Positions 12,400 through 24,299 of a stretch of DNA of 64,000 nt are shown here, piece by piece; the stretch's first letter is position 1, and the number at the start of each line of letters is the position of its first letter. Under the pieces are notes generated by a model. That model saw nothing but the letters and a program-made list of their open reading frames with translations. It was not told where the DNA came from and did no database searches. The stretch is from contig JAYWIR010000004.1 of NCBI GenBank assembly GCA_036172245.1, positions 496,001-560,000 of the forward strand. The letters are read 5' to 3'. Position numbers and translations under genes: made by a program. The stretch is from Raillietiella orientalis (lineage: Eukaryota).

Positions 12400-14400
12400 G
12401 AGGTTTCGCCTACAGAACTCGGTTTGCCCACGTCATCAATCATGTCCCCTTTCGGCCAAAGGACGACATACAGATGAGAGATGCGTTGCGTTGTCGACCA
12501 TTCGGAATTGGCGCTCCAACGGTAAACTCGCGACACTCAGAACGAAGCGCGCGTTTCTGCCCAGAAATTTGCTTTCGATCTCAAACTGCTTGAAACGATC
12601 CGATGTGAAAGCTGCCCCTGGGGAACGGGGGCACGAGGGGCGAGGCCTTGTGAGTCGGTGGGCTTGGGTGCCCGCGCTACAGGAATTCAAGGCTAGCGGC
12701 ATCAGGAAAGGACGCTAAGAGGAGTCTCTCCCGACGCTGCCTGGAAAAGAAACCAGCACGGGACTCACATGGAGGAGTCCTGTGCCGGTTTCTTTCACAG
12801 GAACCTCAACAAAATGTCCACCTCCGACAGGTATGGGGTTTCCTCAAACCAGTTCTCCCCAAGCAGCGCATCCTCCTTGGCTGAAATCAGATCCTCTCCT
12901 GTTTTCTTGCCTGTTCGCACTTGTCTGGGGATTCGTCGGACGGCGTCGTCGTCGATGGCTGCTCATCACTTCGAGCACACCATCGAATGGAAGGGCATTG
13001 CTCTACCTTCCCTTCTCCCTCTCCCTTCCCTCTTTCTCCATCTTCCTTCGGCTTGGCATGCACTCTACTCAGCAGGTATCAAAATCAGAATGCAGCTGTA
13101 GAGCAGAGCGATCAACACGAGCGCCCCTAATTGGACCCATTTGTGTGAAAAGACAAGTATGACGATGACGGAGCGCAAACAAAGTACCTCTTTATGCATT
13201 CCTCGAAGGCAGAAAGAGGTTCGTCTGGACAGCAAAACGCTCCTCATTAGCAAATGGGTTCCCCATGCTCTTTTCACGTGCTCTTTTCTCCACGGACTTG
13301 TTATTTTCTTCCCCAGCCAGGTCGTGGAAGGTCTTTTTTCTTTCTTTTTTTTTCCCCTTCCGAGTTGCGGGGTAATCGATTTGAGCAGCTGTCGAAATGT
13401 TGCTGTTTCGGTTACCGATAGGTGTTGCCGAGGGATCGGTCCCTGTGAAGACGTTCCATTCCGGGGCAGGTGCAGAGCGATAATTGGAGGAGCGAAGTGG
13501 CAAGAGAAGAGCGCCTCCGCCAGGGCGCGTGCTCTCCCCTTTGCCTCCTGCTGAGGTGGGTGGAGTCTGGTGGCGAGAGGACCTTCCGTCAACAAGGGAG
13601 CAAAACGTTCCAGCCAATTTTGTAACAATCAATTCCAGTGATTGTTCCACTTGACCTTCGCTGCCGCCAAGGTCCGTCGGGAAATTCGGTTCGCAGCCTT
13701 GAGGGCTCGAGAACCATCGAGAGCCTTCAGTCTCTCCGCTGCGTTTGCCCGCTGCAGTCGGAAGAATTCAGCGAAGCGCTAGGGTGTGCCGGAGGGTAGG
13801 GGGGCGAAGAGAACACCCATCCCACCTGGTTGTCAAGGACGTAGGAAAGGCAACTTCACGAACCGAGTCAGACAGCTCCGCTGTCAGCTCGGATCGAAGT
13901 GGGGACGGAAGAGGGGCAGGCTGACCTCTCCCCCTCGTCCAGGAAGGGGAGCCTTTCGCGAAGGGATTCGCTTCCCTCCGAGGGGCGGAGGCGAATCCCT
14001 TCAGAGAGACGGCTGCGTCTCTCCCCAACCCAACCTCCGGTGCCCTGCAGTGGACGGCCGAGGCCGCAACCGGGCACGAGATGCAGGCGAGCGATGTTCG
14101 CGGCAGAGAAGAGCGCGGTCGGACACCCAAGCACCCTTAGGTCGCACCGTGATCTGCCCTCTACTGCTTGAGACCGAGCGGCTGCTTCCTCTTCCGCTTG
14201 CGTCACGTCGCCAAGGTAGGGCGCGCTGAGTCTTCGGAGTTTGGATGCTCCCCTTTGCGCTTGCTCCGTCATGGAAGGAATGTTGAGTTTCCTGCGGCGG
14301 CGGTGCTGCCCCTTGGGGCCAGCCGGCGGGCGAATTTGGGTTCTTGGGACAGAGGACTGAAGCATCTGTTCCGACGAGAAGGCAGACGGGCGACAAAAAG
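12400..14400 (-). pseudogene. Decayed IR-like gene
   Basis: SLELIVTKLAG (~13640), QLLKSITPQLG (~13380) and W..LGALVLIALLYSCIL (M3-like, ~13140-13085). Confidence 0.45.
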
Positions 14401-14514
14401 CGACGTGGCGCTTCCTAGAGTGAGACTGCGCGTGACTTTCTGGAGAGACCTCAGCCGAAAGCGCGCCGCCCTGCGTGCCTTAGGGAGCGCCGCTGCTTGC
14501 CCGCGAGCTCCCGG

Positions 14515-14912
14515 ATGGACGACGGCGGCTCCCAACGGGACGCACCTTGCCGTGCGGAGAGCGTCTCTGACGAGACTTGCGACCACGTGCCCTCCCCCTC
14601 CCCCTCCACTCACGTGGAGCATCCCGGTAGGGGCGCACCTTGTGTTCGCTGCACGGAGACATCCGCGCTCACCGGAGGCTCTTTCAGTACGCGTCGGGGT
14701 TGCGAGGGGGGACAGGACAAGACGACGCGTCCTCATTCTCTCTTTGCGTTTCAGATCTCAGATGACTTCCCTGTCGGAAGCGCCTACGAAAGTTTGATCG
14801 CCACTGCCGTTTCCTTCTTCGTCATCCTCATCTTCTTCTTAGCCACAGCGGGGAATGTATGCTTCTTGGTCATTTTCCTGAGGCGTCCTTCCGTGAGGTC
14901 GCGGTCGAACCA
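14515..14912 (+). CDS. Class A GPCR (GPR161-like), coding exon with TM1/ICL1
   Basis: Encodes ...SLIATAVSFFVILIFFLATAGNVCFLVIFLRRPSVRSRSN (TM1 with GN motif) and ends at donor CA|GTAAGT (phase 2). The 5' end is uncertain: either the in-frame ATG at 14515 or the pyrimidine-rich acceptor tttcag| giving an exon start at 14755. Confidence 0.85.
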
Positions 14913-14949
14913 GTAAGTCTGCTCTCTCCTCCGCTGCCCCCCGGTCTCG

Positions 14950-16950
14950 CCGTCCTCCTCCGCTGCTTCGAAGCAGCCGCGGTCGAGCGAGGGGCCTGAC
15001 AAGGCTCCACGCGGCGTGTCGAGACCGCCGCCCTTCCCTGCGCTCCTTCCTCGGAGGTCGCAGGCGGCCTAAGAGCTTCTCCTCTCCTTCTCCCCGGTCC
15101 TCCTTGCTTCTCGCCGGTGGCAGGTCCTGGCGCCTTCCGGAAGGGTGGGTCGTGGGAAATGACCTGCGATTCCTCATCTGCCTTCTTCTGGAAGATCCTT
15201 TTACCTCCGGAGCATCTTGGAGGCGCGCCGTGCTCGTCAGGGGGGCGGGAACGCATGACACCTCGGTCTCTGACGGCAGCAATCCCCAACTCTCTGCCCT
15301 GACCGCAAGTAGGGCGCCCCTTACCAGAGGATCCCGATCAGTCCATCACTCGGAACCTTTCTCCAGAGCAAGCCTCGTTCCTTTGGGAGAGAAGCCGCTG
15401 GGAGACTTGGGCGGAGAGAATCTTTCCGCGCGGGATCGCGAAGCCGCCGCCGGGCTTGGACGCTCTTCGAAGGTCATGCTCGAGTCCTGACACGAGTGGG
15501 AAGGATCTTTTCTTTGGCAGAGGTCGTCTTCGGACGCGTCGTAGACTCCTTGGCTTGGCACACGGCCGTCTGGTTTGCTCCCCCCCTCTTCGCCCAATGG
15601 TGGACATGCCGCAACTGTCCGTCTTCTCCGGGTCGTCCAAGCTTGCAGGTGACCGACACGACCGGGAGAGACCCTTCTGCGGACAGCGCGGTGCGCTGCG
15701 GTCCATTTGTTACGTTCCCGTGGCTCCTCTTGAGCACCGGCCACCTTGAGGGTGGGCACGCGCACCTTCTTCTTACCTGCGTTCGGAATCCACTCGCGTC
15801 CCGGCCGGAAAGACCCTTCCGCTCCCTCCTCCGTGCCTTCCTTCCAGCTCGCGTTGCGATGGAAACGTCCGTCTGAGGATGTCCTCTCTCCAGGTCGCGT
15901 CGAGGGGAGGCCGAAGAGACGCCTCCGCAAGCACCTCACGGCGCCGTCCCTCTCGCTCGCTGGCATCCTTTGGAAACTGGGAGTCACCCGAGAGCCAGAA
16001 CTCGGCATCGGCCGCTCTCCCTGACCCATGGTCCATCCCGGGACCCCCATGCACCATCTTTCCTCGCTCTGGATGGAAGGCGTGCCGACCTCTCGGCCTG
16101 CCCTCGTCCGAAGAGGCACGCGACTCCTGCGTGCCTATTCCGACGAGGGGCTGGACTCGGTTGCCATGGTTACGGTCATGGTGAAGGGAGGAGGTGCGTA
16201 AGGTGGTGGCCTGGCCGACTTTCCCGGACGCCAGCTTGCACCCCCCCTTCACCTTCCTCTTGGAAAGGAGAGACCGGCACGTGCCCACTCCCAAGCCAGG
16301 CAGTGTTGCCAGGATCTTTCTTTTGCTTTTTGCTTACGAAAATCAACCACATCATTTGCTGATCACCCTAATCACCGGAAGCGCAATAGGCTCTGTGTAC
16401 TTCAATGCCAGCTGGTTGCCATGCTAGGTGACCTCCACTGTGTTTTGTCTCGCTTCAAGAAGTCTCCCTGAGGCTGATTCGAGACTCCCGAGCGAAGAGA
16501 CGGAATCGAAGCTCCGTCAGTCGGGGAGCCAAAGGCCTCATAGATGCTCCTCTTGTTTCCTCCCCTGGTAACGAGGGAGGCAAGGACGTTGCTTCCGGTG
16601 GGGGAGCACATAAGAATCGCGTAGGCATGCTACTGCCGGCTCTCAGGCCGACCTCGTGTCCCTTAAGAAGTTTCTTTTACCCTTTTCTTTCGCTCCAGCA
16701 GGTGGTAGTGCTCGAGTTTCTCGCCTCCCGTCCACGAACTATCCTGAATTTTTCCGGAGGAACGTCCACTTCGAGGCCAAGTACTCTGGGAGTGCTCAGC
16801 GGCTGGTCCGCTAGACGGCAGATGCGTCAAGGAGCCCCGAAAGGGTCAAAGCGGCATGCAGCAGCTTAAGAGTCTTCTCTTTGCGAGTTCATGGCACAAG
16901 AAGTTATGAAATGGAAACGAGAGTGCAGCAGATACGAATGAGGAAAGCTC
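14950..16950 (+). pseudogene. Decayed IR-like gene inside the GPCR intron
   Basis: GRVVDSLA (~15530), GHLEGGHAHL (~15740), RSLLRAF (~15820), MEGVP...GTRLL (~16075-16130) and SCPLRSFF..FLSLQQVVVL (~16655). Confidence 0.5.
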
Positions 16951-19463
16951 TATGAATCTTCAATCCTCTCCATGGGGGGTGCAGAGGACCGCGAGACTCC
17001 ATCCCCCTCGGGTCCATCAAAACTCGCCGAGGAGTGCAGCGCCTCTCCAAGAGGTCGGTTGTCCTAGGCGCCGACCTCGCCTTCACAAAAGAAGGCTGTT
17101 TCTCCCCCCGGAAGGGGGGAGCAACAGCACAGCATGTGCAACCAGGAAACTTTTTGAGCATCTTCCACCGGTGATGTTGCGAAAGCCTCGGTCTCCACAG
17201 AAACATCGAAGGGAATTTCGTGGGATCTGCGCCACCAGAAGACCTGTCCTGACTCCGAACGCCACTCATTTCGCGAGTTTCATCTTCCCGATCCTCGGGC
17301 AACGATCTCGAAGGAATCCTTCGGGAGAACTGCAGGCGCGATCCCACCATCTGAATTCTGCAGCCTCGCAGCCCAGTGAAAGATGTTTCCATCAGTGGTG
17401 CGATCGACGCCACCGTCATACGACCGCACGACGTTCCCTGCTTTCATCACCTGAACCTCCCTGTCGTTGCCATCATCGAACGCGATGGCGTTTTGGTGAT
17501 TCGCATCGCCGGTGCCATCGTCCTTCGAACGGATGGCTTCTCCACTATTCGCACCGGAGGGAATCGCCCTTGATGATTCCGATGGGGCGTCCACGCCCTA
17601 GCGTTGCTTCCTCCCGCGGCAGCTTCCGTCTGCACCAGGCTGGACCGGCAGCGGCTCCACCTCAATACTCTCATTTTCCGATGGGAAGCGCACAGACCCT
17701 GCTTAAGGCACCAGACGGGAGAGCAGCGGTCGCAGGAGAGGCACGTCCCTTTCCCCGAACCGGACGCTTCCTTCTTCCCTCTCCGCGGGGCGCGTGCACA
17801 AGAAGATGCACAAGAAGGAGGAAACGCTTCCAAGTTCGAAGGGACAGCTGGACGCTGGTTCGGAAAGGGTAACCAATCCTTCGCTTTCCTCCCTTCCCCT
17901 GCAGAACGGTAGAGCCCTGCCAAAGGATATGCCAAGAGAATGGGAGCAGGAGACCTGTCTGGTACTGACAGGTCCGGGGAGAACATGAAATCACCCCCTG
18001 AAGCACACCTCGAAGGTCTGGTAACCCTCAAACTCGAATCTCCAGAACCTCCTTGATGAACTTTGGACGTCCTAGGGTCTCCCTCCCTTCTGCGACCCTT
18101 GCCTAGTCTGCCGCGACCTTGTTCCTGCAAATGGCGCGAAAAGAGGAGGAAGTCATGCAGAGGGAAGGTTATCCCTAACCTCCCACCTTCGACTTCTTCG
18201 CGAAGATCCTGACCCTTTGACCTTTCCTATGACTTTGTCCTGTGCACTGCCTCCCCTCCCCAGCTCTTCTCCCCTTCGATCTTTCGCTGTCAGCGCTAGC
18301 GAGTGCACTACTTCCGGAAGAGAGCGAGCGGTCGGAAATGTCCTCGACTTTTCTTTGCGTGGGGGGGCGCGACTGGCAAAGAGTGGAAGAGCGCGCCCTC
18401 TGTTATAGCAGGTCGACATCTGGCAGCACTTTTCCGTCTCTCTCTCCTTTCCTTCTTTCCTCCGGGAAAGGCCTTGCCTTGCCCACAGTCTTTCGTCCTG
18501 CCCTTCTAGTGTCAGTGAGGGCAGGAGGGTAGAGGAAAGGCTACCTCGAAAAGAAACAGAAGGATCACTCTCTTAGCCCTCGAGACCCCGCCTCTTTTTC
18601 TCCTTCTTTTCCCTTTCGGCTCCCAGTTTCAATGGCTGCCGCGCAGAGCAAGCCTCATCAGCCTACGGCGAGACCCCGCAGCTCCTTCAAATCCTGTGCT
18701 CCGCCCTGTTATTCGCTCTGGAGCCATCTGGAGCCCATCTCATGCCGAGCTTTTCCTTTTCGTTTTTGCCCGGTTTCCGGAGGGACTCGCACGCACGCGT
18801 CACGTGCCCTTCTTCCCGTTCCCTGGAATTTTTGCCTCGCGAATCAGGTGGCGCGCATCGTCCGTCCTCTCGTGCGCATATGCAAATGGAAGCAGCCCTC
18901 CGCAGGAGGCGGCAAACGGTCCCTGCAGGGTTCTGACTGAGGAATAGGAGTGATCAGCCGTCATCCCCTCGGGCTTCGCTCTATCTTGGCCGATCACGTC
19001 GCGCGTGTCGGTTGCGCATCCTCATGCTCTCATACTCCCAGGCCCTTTCTGCGGAAGAACGGAAAGACGTGAGCAAGCGAAGGAAGGACGGCGGCGAGAG
19101 AACCGTGATGTCAGAACCGTCCGCCTTGTTCCCCTCTCGCACTATCAAAGAGAGGAAAGGGCGTTTAGGGGGCCAGGTTAGAGAGAGGCCGTCCGTCCAT
19201 CTGCCGTCCATCTGATGGGATCCCGATTGAAGAAGGGACCAGCAGAGCCTCCGCAGAGCTTCTCGCCTGAGTCGGGAGGGGTCATTTCCGGCAAAGTAAG
19301 GGTGGACAGAGAGAGAGACAGTGGTCCTTCAGGAGAAGGAAGCGGGAAGCGTCCCTGGCGATCTTCGGGAATCCCTGTCCCGAAGATACGGCTCTGTAGT
19401 CATTCTCCTCCCCGTGCCCTTTCTCCTGCCGGATGAGATCACGGAAGTCTTGCTGAATTCCAG

Positions 19464-20460
19464 ATTCGTCTGCAGCCTGGCCGTGTCCAACCTGCTGTCG
19501 TGCCTGCTGCTCCCGCCCATCGTGTTCGTGGACAACACGGCCGAGGCGGGGCACTTCGGCCCGGCCCTGTGCCACGTGCTGAATGCGTTCACGGTACTGG
19601 TCGTGACCGCCTCCTCCTTGTCGACCATCTGCATCAGCGTCGACCGCTATCTGGCTGTCACGAAGCCGCTGAGATACCACTCCGTGATGACCAAGTTCCG
19701 AATCCGCGCCATGCTGGGCACCAAGTGGATCTTATCCTCCGCGAGTGGGTTCATCGAAGGGTCCATGGAACCCTGGAGGAGCGGCTGGTACTCCTGCTCC
19801 AGCAGCAGGCGGGAAGACTTCAGCGTCTACCACTACTACTACGTGTGGTCCCACACTCTCCTCCTCTTCGTGCTGCCCCTGCTCCTGCACACGTTCATCT
19901 ACCTGAGGATATACCGGGAGGCTTGCGGAAACTGCGCCCGGGCCAGGAACAGCATACCCAGTGGGTGCGACATCAGCCTCCCCCTTGCGGCGTTCCGTGA
20001 CGCAGAAAGTGATATTGTCCAGGGCACGAGATGGCGCTGCTCCTTTACCTCTCCCTTTCCGTACCACAAGGAGGATGTCCGCAACGCAACTCTCCCCGCC
20101 CTGATCATCCTGAACTTCATCATATCCTGGTCTCCCTATTTCGTCGAGGGCGTCTTGCACGTCTACAAGGTTGACTTGAGGCTGAGGATCCACCATCACG
20201 TCAGTGTTCTGGGCGTGCTGAGCAATTCCGTGGTGTCCCTGTTCCTCTACCTCTTCCACACCGAGAGGATGAAGTACGAACTAAAGCTCCTCTGGAGCTG
20301 CGACATGAACGACCCCCTGCAGACCATCGTCCCTTCCAGGATCCTGGCGGTGCAGAACAGTTCCGATGTTCTGACCATGAACGAGAGAATCATCGCGTCG
20401 ACCAATCACGTGCTGGCTCTGGACGATAACAACACGCTCCTGATGGCGGACACCATTTAA
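19464..20460 (+). CDS. Class A GPCR (GPR161-like), terminal exon TM2-TM7 and C-tail
   Basis: Acceptor ttccag|A completes CAA and gives ...SNQFVCSLAVSNLL. The exon has C3.25, DRY (ISVDRYLAV..PLRY), TM5 F.LP...Y, TM6 FIISWSPYF and stop TAA at 20458-20460. The TM2 'SL..SN' pattern resembles GPR161 (NKFVFSLTLSNFL). Confidence 0.93.
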
Positions 20461-20482
20461 AGACGAAACAGAGGGGGGGCCA

Positions 20483-20488
20483 AATAAA
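20483..20488 (+). promoter_or_regulatory. Candidate polyadenylation signal of the GPCR
   Basis: AATAAA 23 nt after the stop codon. Confidence 0.45.
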
Positions 20489-20599
20489 GGTTGCGAAAGG
20501 AGGGGTTCAGGAGCTCCGCGTGTGCCCCCCGTGTCGGGAGACAAGGCGTTGTTAAAGGGGACCGACGTCGACCAGAGGCGCTCTGAATTCGCCGCGGTC

Positions 20600-22200
20600 T
20601 CCCGTTTCGTTTTCGTTATTGGCGGCCATCCGATTGGCTGGTGAAGATTTCGGAACGAAAGAGAAGGAGGAACCTGGAGAGGACCGCCTTCTTCCCCGTT
20701 CCTGTCCTGCCTCCGTGGTGGAACCGTCGGGTCCAAGGTCATGCACTGTTCGAAGAAGGCGTGCTCCAGGATCGCTCGCTACCGATTCCCATCTTGCTCC
20801 CTTGGCCGACGGAGACTGCGGCCGCCATGGAGTTCTCCACCACTGCCTTTCTCATAATGAGCTGCGGATTCAGCGCCTGATCCGAGCAGGAGGGTCTCCA
20901 TTCCTGAAAATTATGTGTATTTCCCCCCCCCCCCCTTCTCTTTCCTCCCGATTGGTCTCAACGTGAAATTTCTTGTCTTTCCTGAGATGGAATCGAAACG
21001 AGACTCCTGCTAAAGCATCCGTTTTCTCTTGGATTCCCGAGTGTTCCTTCCAATTCTGGAGACAAGTAAGTGATGCTTCCTCGTGCAGTGTCGTTGGTCG
21101 GACACTCTGCAGTCTCATCCCACCGTATGCGACTCCTGCGGATGAGGAAAAAGGAGCGTTCATTTTCCCTTTTGTTGCTTTTTGTTGGTGTTTCTGTGGA
21201 AACGATGTGGACATGATCCGTGGTGCATTTTTTGGCGTTTTTTCCCCCAAGTGCCCGTGCGGAACGGATCGGAGATGGTCACGGAGATGTAGGGTCTTCC
21301 CTTGGCTTGGGGACAACCTGCAAGAAAAATAGATTTTTTTTTTTCCTAAGGTGAAGGCTCGGTCTACTGTTCCCAGGCGCAATGGAGAAGCCTAAACCGG
21401 AGCGGCAGCACTTTTCCGAGTTTGGACAGCAAGCTGAATTACTTAGGCAGGAAGAAAAGCAGAGGAATTCAACGGATGCAGCAGAGAAGCAAAGAAAGGA
21501 AATCTCAGCTTCTCTTTTGCTTCTCAGCCATGAACCCAGGAAACCTATGAATTGGCGATTGATGGTGCAAGAAAGAAACAAACGACGGAAAGGACACTGG
21601 CTATCTATGGTGGTCATTCTGTCGAAGGTGGCTCTCGACTTAGCCAGTCTCTTGGAAAACTGCCGGACCTTGGATTGGGTGCCTCTTTCCAAATGGCGTT
21701 TCCAGTACCCATTTTGAAGACCGTCCGCACAAGATCAGTTAACTGCTGCAAGATGGGGCTTCCACGGCATGAAAGATTCAACTCTTCGTCGGTGGGTCTC
21801 CACGTAAAGACGGCTGTCCAGAATCCAAAGCCCGAGTAACGGGAACAGATTACAATTTTCCTCAATAGAGGCCACTGCTTAGCTTTGCGCTGGTAGAAAC
21901 CTCTATCTGCGCATAACGAACGGTATGCACGTCGGCATTCCGTTCTCTGATGACCTTCGCGTGGAGAGGCATCGTTTGCATCCGAATTACACATTTCCTC
22001 CACAAGTTTGCATCTTTCCGAATGGCAAAGAAGAGAAATTCCGCCGACAATGGAATCATAACGGGATGCATGCTCTGGAAGTCAATAAAAAGGTCGCTGA
22101 AATAGCTCCCCCGGAAAGGTCTCCCGGAAAGGTCGCTGAAATAGCTCCAGCGTGAAGTCGGGCAAACGGCTCTAATGCATTGTCATTTTGATCACAAAAG
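20600..22200 (+). pseudogene. Decayed IR-like gene
   Basis: GRTLCSLIPPY (~21096), GNDVDMI (~21198) and HEPRKPMNWRLMV...HWLSMVVIL (pre-M1/M1, ~21530-21620). Confidence 0.5.
22089..22148 (+). repeat. Short complex tandem duplication
   Basis: AAAGGTCGCTGAAATAGCTCC occurs twice, with CCCGGAAAGGTC repeated across the junction. Confidence 0.85.
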
Positions 22201-24000
22201 CCCCCCCCCCACCAAAAGCTCACACGCATAAAGGAAATTATAAGAATGTAGGGCTTCCTGACGCTTTGTTCGCCCATTTATTGGAAGCAACCAATTGAAC
22301 TGACAAGGAAACGGAAACCAAGTCAGGGCACCCAAAAAAACGATGCCACTTATCCGTACACAAACTCAGTAGTGGAGGGAGCAGTGGCAGAAGAGAGGAG
22401 TGCATTTCCCCCCGTGCTTCCAGGAGTTGTGCAGCCAAAGTCTCAAGCAGCGCGAAGAGATCAACAGAGGAGTCTCAATGAAGGCCTGTAGGAATTCCCC
22501 GCCGAAAGGCGGTCTTCTGTTGCTACTCCGAAAAGGCCTTCCTCGAGGAATGTCTTTCTCTGGACGGACTGCTAAACTCTCTAAAAAATCCTTCAAGGCA
22601 TTCGATAGGAGAATATCCTGCTTGCCAAGCTTATCCTGCGCTTTCGAAGCGACTCGGGGCTCCCCCTTCCGTGGTGGTGGAGCAGCTCCGTCACTGCTAC
22701 GGGAGCCACGAGGAGCACACTCTGTCCACGGTAACCCCTGGCATGTTTGAGGAAGTCGATCCAGCCGTGAGGGTCGAGGATCAAGCACGCGCGGATGAGA
22801 CCGCAGCAAAATCGAGCGTCCGTACGGCTCTAACAAGCTCAAGCCTCGGAAAACAGCTTATTCGCACTGCCAGCTTAGCAGTGGTCCCGTTCGCAGTGAC
22901 TCCGAAATCAGCTGGTTACCGTCAGAGCCCAGACCGGAGCATTCCTCGTGCTTCCCATAAAGGGACAGAAAGCAAGAGTGCCAGAAGTCGGTTCTGATCC
23001 CAGCGCGGGTGCAACAATCTCCACCGCGTGAGTGCAGTTGTCCGAGTTGGGCACCGAATGCAACCTTTGGCAACTCCAGAACGAGGGGGGCTTCTTTTGT
23101 TCGTGCCAGTGATCTCATGGCAAACACTGAAGATTCAGTCTCTTGAACGTAACCGTGGACTCTGGCAAGGTGATGCCCACTCGTGAGGGAGTGTCTGAAA
23201 AGATACTTCAAAAGGGCCTTTGCCTACACAAAAGTCTCGTGAAGAAAACCTCTGGCTGTTGTGAAACTCCTGCCGTTCTCGCCTGAAAAAAGCTTGCGGC
23301 ATCTGCACACACACACAGGGACATTGCGGATGCAGTGAGAGAGAGGGGAAACGAAGTTACAATTCTCCCGTTCACCTCAAGGACTCCAGTGTTGTTTTCG
23401 CCTTGATTGCAGATAACTCGACAGAATCAGCGGTAATGGAGGGCGAAGCCCACGGGCTTCAGATCACAAAGAAACGCTCTTGAAGGAATCATCGGCGAGA
23501 AGCTCGTGAACGCCCTCTTCCCCCGCCCAGTACCGAGAGCACGCAGAGTGTTGTGGATTTCGTCGTGGTCAGAAATTCAGTATGAGCCATCCTAGCGTCT
23601 TGATACGGCAGTTGCAAAACGATGGCCTTCTATGCTAAAACGGGGTCACATGTCGGCAGGGATTCTAGTCACATGACCGCGATCTTTCTTTGCCTCAACC
23701 TCTCTGGAACGTGGCATTCGGCAAAAAATGGGAGTCAGTCAAACGCTGAAACTCTTCCCTCTCGAATGTGCTCAGCTTTCAGAGAAAGAAGGTGGAAAGA
23801 CAGTCTGTGAACATCGATTCTTTTCTTTTCTTTTTTTGCCTCTGTGCTTCCTAGAAAGATGATTTCATCGATAAGATCACCAGGGATCAGCACAGTTTTC
23901 TCAGCCATTTTTTTCCATTACAGGCGGACTTCCACACGTGCCAACGTTCCATCTGACGCGTTCGCCTCTCCTCGACGAAGACCGAGAGAACACGCAAACT
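22200..24000 (-). pseudogene. Decayed IR-like gene
   Basis: YLFRHSLTSGHHLARV (~23200), FGAQLGQLHSRGGDC (~23050), SLLEPYG (~22835) and PRGRPF...AFIETPLL (S2 end, ~22548-22462). Confidence 0.55.
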
Positions 24001-24299
24001 TATTTTGAGCAGAGAGATCGGATTCGAACCTCAGATAACACACGGAGTATTCGTGTTGCACCACCAAAAGACCTCCGGTTCCCATAAAGAAGATGGTTTT
24101 CGGAGACTGGCAAACCGCAAGTAGCCAGAGCAATGGCTTCGAAGGTAGAGCGAGAGAAGGAAACACCTTCCAGAAAGGGTCTATGCTCGGACTTCCGAGG
24201 TCTCTCGGAAAAAAGGCAGGCAGGGAGACTGAAACGGACGGCAGATATGCCATCGCCTTTCTTAAGCTCCTTGCTCTTCGTGTGGAGTTTTCTAGATAA

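Noticed and set aside
19321..19463. 5' extension of the 379-aa ORF as the GPCR N-terminus
   Set aside because: It lacks TM1 GN. The true TM1 is in the 14.8-kb exon joined by GT-AG splicing, so this stretch is intron.
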